A stretch of 64,000 nt of DNA from a virus. The stretch's first letter is position 1, and the number at the start of each line of letters is the position of its first letter. The position numbers and the translations under genes are program-made. The notes below the pieces were generated by a model. It did not search any database. It saw only the letters and a list, made by a program, of their open reading frames with translations, and was not told where the DNA came from. The stretch lies in UHGV virus genome UHGV-0132465, one strand, 5' to 3'. Positions 46,305 through 55,496 of the stretch are shown here, one piece after another.

Positions 46305-46633
46305 ACAGGCTTGATAATACCTTCACCGAATAACTCTTTATATTTAATCTTATCAGGATCCCACTCCTGGATAATTTCGAAGACAATATCCAGCCCGGGG
46401 ATAATCACTTCTCCAGTATCAAGTCTGGCAAGAACAAAACCGGAAGGTTGAATGGTTTCCCAGTTACGGCGATCAGAATAGAATACTTCGAAAATATCAC
46501 CAACCTCAATCCGTTTCTGTTGCTCAAGATGATCCAGGTTCTCTTTCATGCGGATGCAGCGTATTTTACGTGCAGGCCACAGGCCACCTGCATCACGTTC
46601 ATTTAGCTCTTTTACAGTAATCGGCATTAACAT
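46301..46633 (-). CDS. hypothetical protein (110 aa)
   Basis: ORF, 4-nt overlap with downstream gene. Confidence 0.5.
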   Translation of the reverse strand: MLMPITVKELNERDAGGLWPARKIRCIRMKENLDHLEQQKRIEVGDIFEVFYSDRRNWETIQPSGFVLARLDTGEVIIPGLDIVFEIIQEWDPDKIKYKELFGEGIIKPV

Positions 46634-46652
46634 CTCTGATCTCCTTCATAGG

Positions 46653-46682
46653 TAGTAAAAAGAGGGGCTTTGAGCCCCTCTT
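46653..46682 (-). terminator. intrinsic terminator on minus strand (AGAGGGGC-TTTGA-GCCCCTCT)
   Basis: 8-bp GC stem followed on the minus strand by T-run. Confidence 0.65.
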
Positions 46683-46687
46683 TGTCA

Positions 46688-46993
46688 TTATTCTACAGAG
46701 CGTTTGAACAGAATGTCTGCTTCAGACATGTGCTCAACCTCCTCTTCGATTTTAGCTCGACGTTTTTCAGCTTCGTAGCGGATATCGAACTCGGTAGCCA
46801 CCAATGACTTGATAAACTTAGGAGAATACAAGTGATCCTGTTTCTCGACAAGAATAATATCCTTGATAGCGTCTTTCAGATCTTTAATCTGAAGCTGAAG
46901 TTCCACCAGCTCTTCAATTGTTTTACGGAGGCGATCACGCTCTGCAATGTCAGAAGGAAGAGAGGTGAACAGTTCAACTTTAGATTTAGCCAT
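46688..46993 (-). CDS. hypothetical coiled-coil-like protein (101 aa)
   Basis: ORF; heptad-like charged sequence. Confidence 0.5.
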   Translation of the reverse strand: MAKSKVELFTSLPSDIAERDRLRKTIEELVELQLQIKDLKDAIKDIILVEKQDHLYSPKFIKSLVATEFDIRYEAEKRRAKIEEEVEHMSEADILFKRSVE

Positions 46994-47021
46994 AGTAAGA
47001 GTCTCCTTATATTGTTTTAAA

Positions 47022-47273
47022 TTAGCGTTCTACAAAAATACCGTTCAGTTCGATAACCAGGAATTTCTGGTCTTCACTATCGTCACGTGCCAGCACCTCA
47101 CAGACGTAACGGTCATCTCCGTCATCATCGCAGTCAAATACAAGGCTGAGGACTTTATCATGATAAACCTTCGCCACTACCGCCTCGTAAGTGTTGCCGA
47201 TTGTGAATCCAAGATAGTCCCCGATGCATTTGACAACAACATGGTCGCCAGCATTTAAGTCAATCTTCGCCAT
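47022..47273 (-). CDS. hypothetical protein (83 aa)
   Basis: start moved to ATG after AAGGAG RBS. Confidence 0.5.
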   Translation of the reverse strand: MAKIDLNAGDHVVVKCIGDYLGFTIGNTYEAVVAKVYHDKVLSLVFDCDDDGDDRYVCEVLARDDSEDQKFLVIELNGIFVER

Positions 47274-47400
47274 TACTGTGCTCCTTGGGTGATAATATGG
47301 TATGTAAAACTTTAACCAGAGATGTGAATAACGCCCCAAAACACACAGATAGCGCTAAAACGGATAAGGCCATCATTAAAGCTTCAGTAAAATCAGTCAT
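47260..47400 (-). CDS. small hydrophobic protein (46 aa)
   Basis: ATG after AAGAGGTGAGGA RBS; hydrophobic core; below ORF-track cutoff. Confidence 0.35.
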   Translation of the reverse strand: MTDFTEALMMALSVLALSVCFGALFTSLVKVLHTILSPKEHSNGED

Positions 47401-47428
47401 TCCTCACCTCTTGTTAGTAACTATACTA

Positions 47429-47692
47429 TCATTTATCTTTGCCGTCAAGAACTTTTTTAAATCTCTCAGGAATATCTCCTGTTCTTAGATAGTTCATGAC
47501 CTCACAAGGTTCCCACTTAAACTTCTTACACAGCAGGGCGGCTGAGATTGTCTCATTGCGAAAAGAAAGGATATCAATATCCCACTCTGAGAACCCTAAT
47601 TTCCGAAGAGTGGCTATAGAAATCCTCACAGCAACCCAACAAGAGAGGCACGCAACAAACGCTACTGCTACAACCCACACCAAGATGTTCAT
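47429..47692 (-). CDS. hypothetical membrane protein (87 aa)
   Basis: N-terminal hydrophobic segment. Confidence 0.5.
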   Translation of the reverse strand: MNILVWVVAVAFVACLSCWVAVRISIATLRKLGFSEWDIDILSFRNETISAALLCKKFKWEPCEVMNYLRTGDIPERFKKVLDGKDK

Positions 47693-47781
47693 ACAGCCCC
47701 CTTAATGAAATACAAGACATAGTGCCAAGGTCACTATCCCGCAAATAATTAACAGTGTCGTTGCAACCTTGGCAAGATTTA

Positions 47782-48069
47782 TCATAGCGTCTCTAAAATT
47801 TCATACCCTTCGGGTCGGAAAACAAGCCACTCAGGTGCTCCATTTGGTCGATACGCTTTATACAGAACAACCTGATCTCGGCACATACACATTGCTACAT
47901 AGTTTTCATCCACACCTGCAGCCTGCATTGCATCTTCTTCTCCGGCAACCGCTTTGCTTACAACTTCCTTGGTAGGCAGGTGGGCGATCAGCTCGTCACC
48001 ATCGTTAATTCCAAAATGGCTGAGTTCTCCATTGGTGTCTTTAATCTTGATCTTAACCAAATCTTTCAT
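47782..48069 (-). CDS. small acidic protein (95 aa), MK-family-like
   Basis: ORF in compact block; ends YEILETL. Confidence 0.5.
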   Translation of the reverse strand: MKDLVKIKIKDTNGELSHFGINDGDELIAHLPTKEVVSKAVAGEEDAMQAAGVDENYVAMCMCRDQVVLYKAYRPNGAPEWLVFRPEGYEILETL

Positions 48070-48398
48070 TAGTCTTCCCCCAAGTTCAAAGGTCCTAAGA
48101 TCTCATATGCCAGATTAGAAGTTACCAGAGGATCTTCTGCATCTTTAGTATTATACCACCCGTGAATAACCAGAGTCCCACTTTGCTTCATGTCTAACTG
48201 GAACTGTTCTGCCGTTTCCTCATCCATCTCCAAGATCTCCATGAGGTATTTGATGTTAGGAAGGTATGCAGCTGTTACAGTCCCCTCTACTAGGCCTTCA
48301 GGCCAACCTACATCCGGATGACAAGTAGGGACCAGAGAGGTCAGCTTGATAGTGTATGCTTTTTCTGCACGAGCCTTCAGTAACGGATCAATTTTCAT
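48069..48398 (-). CDS. small acidic protein (109 aa)
   Basis: ORF abutting neighbours. Confidence 0.5.
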   Translation of the reverse strand: MKIDPLLKARAEKAYTIKLTSLVPTCHPDVGWPEGLVEGTVTAAYLPNIKYLMEILEMDEETAEQFQLDMKQSGTLVIHGWYNTKDAEDPLVTSNLAYEILGPLNLGED

Positions 48399-48748
48399 TA
48401 TTCTTCCTCCTCTTCGGTGCCTGCTTCCAGTAGTAAGTTAAGAACATCTTCAGCAGAAGGTTCGTAGAACTCTTGGCCTTCGTTGTCGATGATACGATAG
48501 TCATCACCACGAATAATCAGAGGATCGTTATCAAAACCTTCAAGACCTTTAACAACGACAACACGGTCGATTGCCATCATTGTAAGAACTTTATCAACAT
48601 CTTCCTCTGCCACACCATACTGCAGCAGGATGTCTTTGGTAGGAGGAACAGCATCAACCACAACACCGTTACCAAAACCTTCCGGAAGTTTAGCTAAAAT
48701 ATCTTCCGGAACCGCATTCATATCAAAACCTGTGATCTCTACTTTCAT
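48398..48748 (-). CDS. small acidic protein (116 aa)
   Basis: ORF abutting neighbours; poly-Glu C terminus. Confidence 0.5.
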   Translation of the reverse strand: MKVEITGFDMNAVPEDILAKLPEGFGNGVVVDAVPPTKDILLQYGVAEEDVDKVLTMMAIDRVVVVKGLEGFDNDPLIIRGDDYRIIDNEGQEFYEPSAEDVLNLLLEAGTEEEEE

Positions 48749-49009
48749 TTACAGCACCTCTTCGTCAACTACTTCATAAAAATGGCTTGGGATTGCAATG
48801 GCGTTCTCGCCTTCACCTAAGAACACTGTCCCACTAACGATTAACATTAGAAGAACGTCTGCGATACCTTCCTCGGGTACGTTGCCAAAACCTTTAATCA
48901 GCTCGTAGGTTGGAAGATTTACCTCTAAGATGTCACCATCCTTAGAACGGAAATCAACACCGTCCTGAATCTCTGCCGTTTCAAGGTTTTTCAATTTAAT
49001 CTTCATCAA
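48749..49009 (-). CDS. small acidic protein (86 aa), MKIK family
   Basis: MMKIKLKNLE start, EVVDEEVL end as in paralogues. Confidence 0.5.
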   Translation of the reverse strand: MMKIKLKNLETAEIQDGVDFRSKDGDILEVNLPTYELIKGFGNVPEEGIADVLLMLIVSGTVFLGEGENAIAIPSHFYEVVDEEVL

Positions 49010-49085
49010 TCAGTCTCCTGTCTTGTTAAGATGGAGGTATTATTGCACACAGGGTTGGTGTTGTCAACACCTGTGTGGCATAAAA

Positions 49086-49481
49086 TTACTGAAATAGTGC
49101 AGATAAATTACCTTCTGGTGGGAACTTATCTGCCAGGAATGGGGTTAGAACAGTGGCCTTCTGAATATCAGGGGTCCACTCATTGTTCAGAACATCCCAG
49201 TAGTACGCAATGTTACTGTGTGGGTGCCGCATTACGAACTTTTTCCCTTCGTAGTCAGTTGAAACCTCTACAGAAGAAATAACAACAGAGTCTTCAAGGG
49301 TTTCTTCATAGAAAGATCCACCCTCAAATTTCCAACGAGATGCAAGAGCTCCTGCCTTGAACGCTGCAGATAACGGACTGTCTGCAAGAACATACATTTC
49401 TTGCACTCTGTCACTGCGATCTTTGCTTCTTACATTGTATACAGTATCCGAGCTATACTCAACACGGTATAGACTTACCAT
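49086..49481 (-). CDS. hypothetical protein (131 aa), paralogue of 51288-51686
   Basis: shared FV(M/I)(R/V)HP.S...(Y/H)YW(D/N)....(E/K)WTP motif. Confidence 0.55.
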   Translation of the reverse strand: MVSLYRVEYSSDTVYNVRSKDRSDRVQEMYVLADSPLSAAFKAGALASRWKFEGGSFYEETLEDSVVISSVEVSTDYEGKKFVMRHPHSNIAYYWDVLNNEWTPDIQKATVLTPFLADKFPPEGNLSALFQ

Positions 49482-49813
49482 TACCTAACCTCCTCAATAA
49501 CTTCCACATCTGAACCCACCACAAATGCAAAAGGGCAGGTTTCATGAAAGATATCCGGATCTCCACCAAGCTTGCTAACTATCTCTCCACCACTAATAAA
49601 CACAAGCTCACCAATATTCATCAGATTGCTAAAATAGTAGCCATAATGATTGAAGAATGCAGCTGGGTCAGGTAGACTGGTGGCCTCAAGCTCTACATTG
49701 CTTGAGATCACTTTCTTATCATACCCTCTCGCCTTTTGAGATGCAAGATCTGCAGAGTCTTCAGGAGACCGGAGATGCACAGGAATTGTTTCACCAATAA
49801 AGCGTACTTTCAT
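49481..49813 (-). CDS. small acidic protein (about 110 aa), MKV family
   Basis: start moved to MKVRFIGE after GGGGTGAG RBS; ends EVIEEVR. Confidence 0.5.
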   Translation of the reverse strand: MKVRFIGETIPVHLRSPEDSADLASQKARGYDKKVISSNVELEATSLPDPAAFFNHYGYYFSNLMNIGELVFISGGEIVSKLGGDPDIFHETCPFAFVVGSDVEVIEEVR

Positions 49814-49817
49814 ATTC

Positions 49818-50081
49818 TCACCCCACAATCATAGCTTCAAAAGGTGTCATAAACGAATAAACAGCATCATCATCTGCTTCAGGGAATGCCCCCAAAGACT
49901 TTATGTCTGATCCCTTGACAAATACAAGGTTTTGATCAAAAGCTTCTTGGGGATCAATCCGATACATATCTCGTAGGATATTGCTTACCTCCTCATCAAG
50001 AGGTGAGTATGCTGTGCACGTTTTTCCAATCAAGCTTTGAGAATCAGGGTATCCACCTGAAGTTTTAAAATAAACAATCAT
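49818..50081 (-). CDS. hypothetical protein (87 aa)
   Basis: ORF in compact block. Confidence 0.45.
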   Translation of the reverse strand: MIVYFKTSGGYPDSQSLIGKTCTAYSPLDEEVSNILRDMYRIDPQEAFDQNLVFVKGSDIKSLGAFPEADDDAVYSFMTPFEAMIVG

Positions 50082-50172
50082 ATAGTATCACCTCTGGCAA
50101 GAGATGGGGATTCCTTTCCCACAAATAATTACAAACCTTCCTTATCGAGGAAGCATGCTAATCCAAGCAGGA

Positions 50173-50442
50173 TTATTCCTCTACAATCTCATACACATCA
50201 GGAGTTACAATCAACTCTTCTCCGTTACCCGGTGCAACAAACACCACCAAGCCTTCAGGTGTGTGCTTTTTAGCCATCTCGATAACATCTTCTCGCAGAG
50301 CTGGCTCCATCAGATCAAAGCCTTCACCCAGGGCATCACGAACCACCTTCATATAGTCCACTGGTTGTGCTTCAACAATCATGCCTTCAACCAGTCCACA
50401 GTTTTTGTCTGCCAGCTCAGTTTTGAATAATTTAATTTTCAT
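50173..50442 (-). CDS. small acidic protein (89 aa), MKIK family
   Basis: MKIKLFKTEL start, YEIVEE end. Confidence 0.5.
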   Translation of the reverse strand: MKIKLFKTELADKNCGLVEGMIVEAQPVDYMKVVRDALGEGFDLMEPALREDVIEMAKKHTPEGLVVFVAPGNGEELIVTPDVYEIVEE

Positions 50443-50468
50443 TTAGAGGTCTCCTCAATTATTTGATA

Positions 50469-50570
50469 TTAATAGCCGTAACCTAACACATTAACTACAA
50501 CTACGATTGCAAACATAATTTCAAAGCATGCAATCTCTACATTTGGGACTAATTTCTTAATCATACCCAT
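50469..50570 (-). CDS. small hydrophobic peptide (33 aa)
   Basis: ATG after GGAGAATGAGGTG RBS; single hydrophobic helix. Confidence 0.3.
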   Translation of the reverse strand: MGMIKKLVPNVEIACFEIMFAIVVVVNVLGYGY

Positions 50571-50579
50571 TGTAGCACC

Positions 50580-50897
50580 TCATTCTCCAAAGTCAATCTT
50601 TACTTTGCCTTTCCCCTTACCTTTCTTTCCACCACATTTAGCCAACTGACGTGCTGCAACATCTACCATACGGTCAGTTGCCTCGTAAGCATCACTGCCT
50701 TTAGCTTTGGCAATAACTTCTTTTCCGGAAGTGTCAAAAATGAACGCCATAACTTCCTGGTGATCATTTTCAACTTTTACACTCACACGTGCATAGTTGG
50801 CAGAGGGGTGCAAACGCTCCAGCTTAGACATTTTGTGGGAAATGAAAGACACCATACCTTCAGTGATTTCTACGTTGCCAGTGATTTCAATTTGCAT
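50580..50897 (-). CDS. hpf: ribosome hibernation promoting factor / RaiA (YfiA)-family protein with Lys/Gly-rich tail
   Basis: MQIEITGNVEIT...KLERL...A.VSVKVE N terminus and ...ATD...DVAARQL.K matching E. coli HPF by eye; extra C-terminal GGKKGKGKGKVK tail. Confidence 0.8.
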   Translation of the reverse strand: MQIEITGNVEITEGMVSFISHKMSKLERLHPSANYARVSVKVENDHQEVMAFIFDTSGKEVIAKAKGSDAYEATDRMVDVAARQLAKCGGKKGKGKGKVKIDFGE

Positions 50898-50979
50898 AAC
50901 GTGTTCCTTTTAAAGAAGAGGGAACCAAACCCTCTTTGAAAACAATGATACTAAATCTGAAGCGTTGTGTCAACAGTTT

Positions 50980-51270
50980 TTACAGCTTGTCGTCGATAGT
51001 TTTTAAAATATCCACAGCAAGATCTGCCATTTTTCGAACATACTCTGCAAACTCAACAGGATCCTTGATCAAAGAATTCACAGGGTCGTACCCTAGAGCG
51101 TTCAAAATGGCTGCAGCATCTACAACCTTCTCATCATTTGCGAAGATCTCTCCATCAAACTTGTAGGTCCATTTTGAGTCAATCTTGGCAGAGAAGGATT
51201 GGTCAACGCTTGTTACACCATCCTTTTTAAACTCTCCAGTGTTATCAGTGTCCAGAACTAAATCCATCAT
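50980..51270 (-). CDS. hypothetical protein (96 aa)
   Basis: ORF in co-oriented compact block. Confidence 0.5.
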   Translation of the reverse strand: MMDLVLDTDNTGEFKKDGVTSVDQSFSAKIDSKWTYKFDGEIFANDEKVVDAAAILNALGYDPVNSLIKDPVEFAEYVRKMADLAVDILKTIDDKL

Positions 51271-51287
51271 GTTAGTACCTCACTGTT

Positions 51288-51686
51288 TCAGTCTAGCTTT
51301 TCTTCAACAACCCCATAACTTGGGGCAGAGTCAAGAGCTTTCTGGTTTAAAAGTGGCGTAGCAGAATCTGCAAACGGTGTCCAAGTTTTTGTTCTGGCAT
51401 TCCAGTAATGCTTCACTCTGGAATCTGGATGCACTATAACAAAAACTTTTTCACTTGTCAACACATTAATTTCTTCTACACCCTTGCTGATAATTTCTCC
51501 GTCATAGCCACCAGTCTGGTATCCTTCGTACCAGGTTCTTGCATATGCATAGCCAGCCTGCCAGCATGCAGCCTCCTCCGAGGTGGAGACTACGTAGAAG
51601 TCTTTCTCAAATTCTGGGATACGCCCTTGCTTTACGCTCCAAGACCCGCGAATTTTCATTGTAACTTTGAACAGTTTATTTTTCAC
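51288..51686 (-). CDS. hypothetical protein (132 aa), paralogue of 49086-49481
   Basis: shared motif with 49086-49481. Confidence 0.55.
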   Translation of the reverse strand: MKNKLFKVTMKIRGSWSVKQGRIPEFEKDFYVVSTSEEAACWQAGYAYARTWYEGYQTGGYDGEIISKGVEEINVLTSEKVFVIVHPDSRVKHYWNARTKTWTPFADSATPLLNQKALDSAPSYGVVEEKLD

Positions 51687-51698
51687 AACGGTTACCCC

Positions 51699-51953
51699 TC
51701 ACAGCTCTACAATCTCTGCATCTGACCCTGCCCCAAAGGCATAATAGGATTCTTCCCCGAAATAATATTCCGGTGCACCAGCAGCGATCAGGTCTGATCC
51801 CAAGATAAACACCACGTTGTGGCCTACATAACTGTGATGTTGCCGCACAGGATCATCCCACGGCAACCCTTCAAAGTATACCGCAGGAACGACCTTTCCA
51901 TTCAGGAAGGATTGTCCCAAGTAGACGTTAGAATCAAGAATTTTAACCTTCAT
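51699..51953 (-). CDS. small protein (84 aa), MKVK family
   Basis: MKVKILDSNVYLGQ ... SDLIAAGA ... EIVEL. Confidence 0.55.
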   Translation of the reverse strand: MKVKILDSNVYLGQSFLNGKVVPAVYFEGLPWDDPVRQHHSYVGHNVVFILGSDLIAAGAPEYYFGEESYYAFGAGSDAEIVEL

Positions 51954-52170
51954 TCTCGTCCTCCACTATCTCTACATCCTCACCAAGGGCAAAGTTGTAG
52001 GTCCACTGACTGTCAAAGCAGTCCTGAGATGCACCAGCGGCAATAAGATCTGCACCTTTTATTTTTAAAAGGTCAGGATAATCTTCGTTAGGGATAGCGG
52101 TAAACACTTTCCCCACTAAGGGCTCCTGACCAATATAGAAGCTTGAATCTAAAACTTTAACTTTCATCAA
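51943..52170 (-). CDS. small protein (75 aa), MKVK family
   Basis: MMKVKVLDSSFYIGQ ... ADLIAAGA ... EIVED; tandem to 51699-51953. Confidence 0.55.
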   Translation of the reverse strand: MMKVKVLDSSFYIGQEPLVGKVFTAIPNEDYPDLLKIKGADLIAAGASQDCFDSQWTYNFALGEDVEIVEDENEG

Positions 52171-52451
52171 CGGTCTCCCTCAGGCGGTTGTGGAACGTAA
52201 ACACTGTTACGAATCTCGTCAGCAGTGTAGTAACAAGTTTTCCCCTCTCTGCCCCTGGCAGCAATGTATTCAGCTATACCAATAAGTGCCATAGCCTTGG
52301 TGGCGTATCTCTTAAGCTCGTTAGCTCCCCAGCAAAATCTCTGCCAAAACGGTATGAAACCGAATAGGTACACCTTCTGTTTCACTATCCAATAAGTTCC
52401 TTTACAGATCACTTTAAACTCTGCAGCACTATTGCTAACACCATTGCTCAT
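52167..52451 (-). CDS. hypothetical protein (94 aa)
   Basis: ORF, 4-nt overlap. Confidence 0.5.
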   Translation of the reverse strand: MSNGVSNSAAEFKVICKGTYWIVKQKVYLFGFIPFWQRFCWGANELKRYATKAMALIGIAEYIAARGREGKTCYYTADEIRNSVYVPQPPEGDR

Positions 52452-52463
52452 TATCTTCTCCTT

Positions 52464-52748
52464 TTATTTTTCTGGGTTTGGCAGATATTGCACATTGGCA
52501 GGAGGAACACCGGATAGCTCCCAAACAACCATAGTGCTGTACCCTGGCACACTTCTAACATTTAAAAGAGTAGGAGCACCAACACATTTAAACTTCCTTT
52601 TCCCAAATCCGTTCTCCATCATAACCCAGTATCCGGTATCCTGATCACCGGGAATTTGTGTTCCATCATCGTCCACCCAGCGGACGGTCCATTTCGATAC
52701 AGCAACGGCTCGGTATTTAAACTTTTTAAACCACTCAAACAGTTTCAT
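52464..52748 (-). CDS. hypothetical protein (about 94 aa)
   Basis: start moved to MKLFEWF after GAGG RBS. Confidence 0.45.
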   Translation of the reverse strand: MKLFEWFKKFKYRAVAVSKWTVRWVDDDGTQIPGDQDTGYWVMMENGFGKRKFKCVGAPTLLNVRSVPGYSTMVVWELSGVPPANVQYLPNPEK

Positions 52749-52932
52749 CTTCAGCCTCGCTTGGCAGCCCTTCCATTTTGACATACCGGAAAGTGTTGCC
52801 GTAATAGTTGATCCATGACATCAGCTCACTTTCTTGCTCTTCCTCTGGGATGGACTCTCTAACGCTGACAAGTTTTAAGAAAACCCAATCACAATCCACC
52901 CCCATCCTACCAGACAGACAATAGTGCTTCAT
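52735..52932 (-). CDS. hypothetical protein (65 aa)
   Basis: ATG after GGGAGGG RBS; 14-nt overlap with downstream gene. Confidence 0.4.
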   Translation of the reverse strand: MKHYCLSGRMGVDCDWVFLKLVSVRESIPEEEQESELMSWINYYGNTFRYVKMEGLPSEAEDETV

Positions 52933-52950
52933 AAAACCCTCCCGCCTGGT

Positions 52951-53145
52951 TTAGAATATTGCTTCTTCCATTGCACCTGAGAGCAACAAAGAGGTAATCT
53001 GGCTAACATTCATCTCAGACTCCACTTCCTCTCCTTTGAAAGGTTCGCGGCAGAATAGGACTGTTTCAGGATTTTTACTTCGAACAATATAATACAAATC
53101 ATTCAAAGTGTTGTAGTAATAAGTGTTAAAATGTAAGTTTTTCAT
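52951..53145 (-). CDS. hypothetical protein (64 aa)
   Basis: ORF in compact block. Confidence 0.4.
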   Translation of the reverse strand: MKNLHFNTYYYNTLNDLYYIVRSKNPETVLFCREPFKGEEVESEMNVSQITSLLLSGAMEEAIF

Positions 53146-53429
53146 TTTCTAGTCCCCTTTTTAGATTTTTGTGCAGAAACGCTTTCTGCAATACGAGACA
53201 GGCGTTCTTCTGAAGCTTTACCTACCCCAGGTTTCTTGAGCGGGTTATCTTTATGACCGCAATCCAATTGGATGCTAGATACATCCCCAACCTTGTAAGT
53301 CAATTCTAGCAAAAGGTTGTCGTCCTTGTCAAATGTTTTTACGATAAATTTTTTATCGTCCTCCTTAACTTCATATCTAGTACCTGCAGTATACAGCATG
53401 GTGCCATCAGCGTAGGATATCCAGATCAT
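53142..53429 (-). CDS. hypothetical protein (95 aa)
   Basis: ORF, ATGA overlap. Confidence 0.5.
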   Translation of the reverse strand: MIWISYADGTMLYTAGTRYEVKEDDKKFIVKTFDKDDNLLLELTYKVGDVSSIQLDCGHKDNPLKKPGVGKASEERLSRIAESVSAQKSKKGTRK

Positions 53430-53773
53430 TGCACCTCCTTCTGCTGCAACAGCATCAACTCTTTGTTGGAAATCTTTACTGCTGTCTTTATTGTCCCATC
53501 TTCACGGAACCACGACCAGAATTCTACAGTATCACCACTATCAAGCAAGGCATGACCATGGTAAAAATCTTTGTCCTTAGACAGTTTCTCATCTATATCT
53601 GCATCGACACATTCGTGATCCATAGCATTCTGCCTGAATGCATCGGTTATGCCAATGCACGCCTTACTCTCAAGGCTGGTATACCCAATATCTTTTAATT
53701 CAGTTTCCCAAGTCCAGTATCCTACAAAAGCTACAACAGCCACCCACATTAATATAGATTTAATCTTTGACAT
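53426..53773 (-). CDS. membrane-anchored hypothetical protein (115 aa)
   Basis: N-terminal hydrophobic helix ILMWVAVVAFVGYW. Confidence 0.5.
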   Translation of the reverse strand: MSKIKSILMWVAVVAFVGYWTWETELKDIGYTSLESKACIGITDAFRQNAMDHECVDADIDEKLSKDKDFYHGHALLDSGDTVEFWSWFREDGTIKTAVKISNKELMLLQQKEVQ

Positions 53774-53833
53774 TCTCTCTACCTCTTTCTTAGTTTATTT
53801 AGTTATGGCACATCCTTTGTGCCATAATGCACA

Positions 53834-54295
53834 TTACTTAAACAACAGTTCAAAATAGTGCAAAATTAACAGAAGTTGAATTACGCCTAGCACAACTGCA
53901 AGTATGTTGATCTTAGAATCAAAAAACTTCTTAACTTTTACCCTAAAAGGCTCCTTAATGTCCTTTACGATCCTATTTATAGATGATTTCATATCCCTGA
54001 TTACCATCCTAAACATTAGAGACGGATCTTCCTTCTCTGTAACGGAATCGAAAACATACTCTCTTCGGTCATAAGGACCTCCAGATCTGCGTATTAACCT
54101 CTCCACAGATACCTCGTACGACACACCTGTAACGTAATCATCTATGACAAGTAGTGACGGGTCTTTATCGTCCAAAGGTATCAAAGTTATCTTTCCAGAT
54201 TTTGTTAAAATTTCTCCTTTTTCAAGCAGTGTGTACCAATGCTCTCTACCAAGGTTGTTGAGGCACGTTTTTACATATTTAACAAACATCGTCAC
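53834..54295 (-). CDS. hypothetical protein with C-terminal transmembrane segment (153 aa)
   Basis: ORF; hydrophobic C terminus. Confidence 0.5.
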   Translation of the reverse strand: MTMFVKYVKTCLNNLGREHWYTLLEKGEILTKSGKITLIPLDDKDPSLLVIDDYVTGVSYEVSVERLIRRSGGPYDRREYVFDSVTEKEDPSLMFRMVIRDMKSSINRIVKDIKEPFRVKVKKFFDSKINILAVVLGVIQLLLILHYFELLFK

Positions 54296-54477
54296 CCCTC
54301 ATCGCACGTCTGATATAGCCATTCTATGAAATCTTGATACCACTCTCCCTCTGAGCGCTCCGTAGGCCAATAATCTTCCCCCTCTCTTGCATTAAAATCT
54401 GAGTATTCAACTTTCCACTCCTTTACCAGCTCGTGGAGAAGGTTTTCAGCCTGTTCTAAGGATTTATTTTTTGTCAT
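54292..54477 (-). CDS. hypothetical protein (about 61 aa)
   Basis: start moved to ATG after AGGGGA RBS. Confidence 0.4.
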   Translation of the reverse strand: MTKNKSLEQAENLLHELVKEWKVEYSDFNAREGEDYWPTERSEGEWYQDFIEWLYQTCDEG

Positions 54478-54712
54478 TACTGTCCCCTTTTTCAAGATAA
54501 TTATACATCAGCGCCGCGCCACCTAAAATGGCTACCAGCAGTAATACCCCAGAGAGCATTTCAATAAACATGGCTTGAAACATTAGAAGGCCCCCTAATT
54601 TCACGCACCATTTTAAATACATATTCTTTTCCCATAAAGGTGCCCGGCTAAGATCTGCGTAGAATGCAATCTCTTTAAGAACAGTATAAACAGTTTTAGG
54701 TGCGGTATCCAT
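54464..54712 (-). CDS. hypothetical membrane protein (about 82 aa)
   Basis: start moved to MDTAPK after AAAAGGAGAG RBS; two hydrophobic segments. Confidence 0.45.
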   Translation of the reverse strand: MDTAPKTVYTVLKEIAFYADLSRAPLWEKNMYLKWCVKLGGLLMFQAMFIEMLSGVLLLVAILGGAALMYNYLEKGDSNDKK

Positions 54713-54932
54713 CCCTACTCTCCTTTTTCCCCTTACGGATATTCTTGTGGTAATCAACTAGGCACATTATTACGATGAAGATAACAACAGGCCAAAAGGG
54801 CGCAGCAGTGATGATGGTGATAAAATCATCAAACTTCACCCTTCGTGTAGACACGATGCATATACCTGCCAAGATTACTGCTGTTAGAACAGCTACTACC
54901 AGGTAACCTATCAGCACAGCATCTATACTCAT
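54696..54932 (-). CDS. hypothetical membrane protein (78 aa)
   Basis: two hydrophobic segments. Confidence 0.45.
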   Translation of the reverse strand: MSIDAVLIGYLVVAVLTAVILAGICIVSTRRVKFDDFITIITAAPFWPVVIFIVIMCLVDYHKNIRKGKKESRDGYRT

Positions 54933-54950
54933 TGGCTCCTCCTTTGTAGG

Positions 54951-55496
54951 TTAAATTGTACACTGCAGGTGGTTGCCGAGGGTGTCAAGAAAATTATCCC
55001 GTTCTTTCTCAGAGTTTTCATGGGTGTAGCTGAAAAACATATCTAGAATAACCTTATTGATATATTCCAGCTCCTCTGTGTTCAGGTACTTAGCAGGATC
55101 TACAATGACATCCCAAATATCATACAAACCGCACTCATGATACCCCCAACGCCGCTCAATTGTCAAACTGAGCGGCAAATCTTTACCATCACAAACAACC
55201 TTCCATCTGCAGATGTTGGTATCTGGACGTACCTGTGTACGGTATACCTGTACAAAATCCAATTTGAATTGGAGGTACTCGTCATACAATTTAAGTACAA
55301 AACTCTCGATTTGTGGAGATACTTTTGCAGCAAACTGTGCGTATTTGTACTTGCACTGGATGATCTTTCTGCGTTTTGCAGTTAAATTTTTTGCAGCCAG
55401 TTGTTCTTCAGTGTACCTCCACCTACGATCAACAAACGCAACAGGGTCTTTGTCCCCATAGAGGTCTTCCCAGTTAATCAGAAGCATACCTGCCAC
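54951..55496 (-). CDS. hypothetical protein (181 aa)
   Basis: ORF in co-oriented compact block. Confidence 0.5.
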   Translation of the reverse strand: MAGMLLINWEDLYGDKDPVAFVDRRWRYTEEQLAAKNLTAKRRKIIQCKYKYAQFAAKVSPQIESFVLKLYDEYLQFKLDFVQVYRTQVRPDTNICRWKVVCDGKDLPLSLTIERRWGYHECGLYDIWDVIVDPAKYLNTEELEYINKVILDMFFSYTHENSEKERDNFLDTLGNHLQCTI

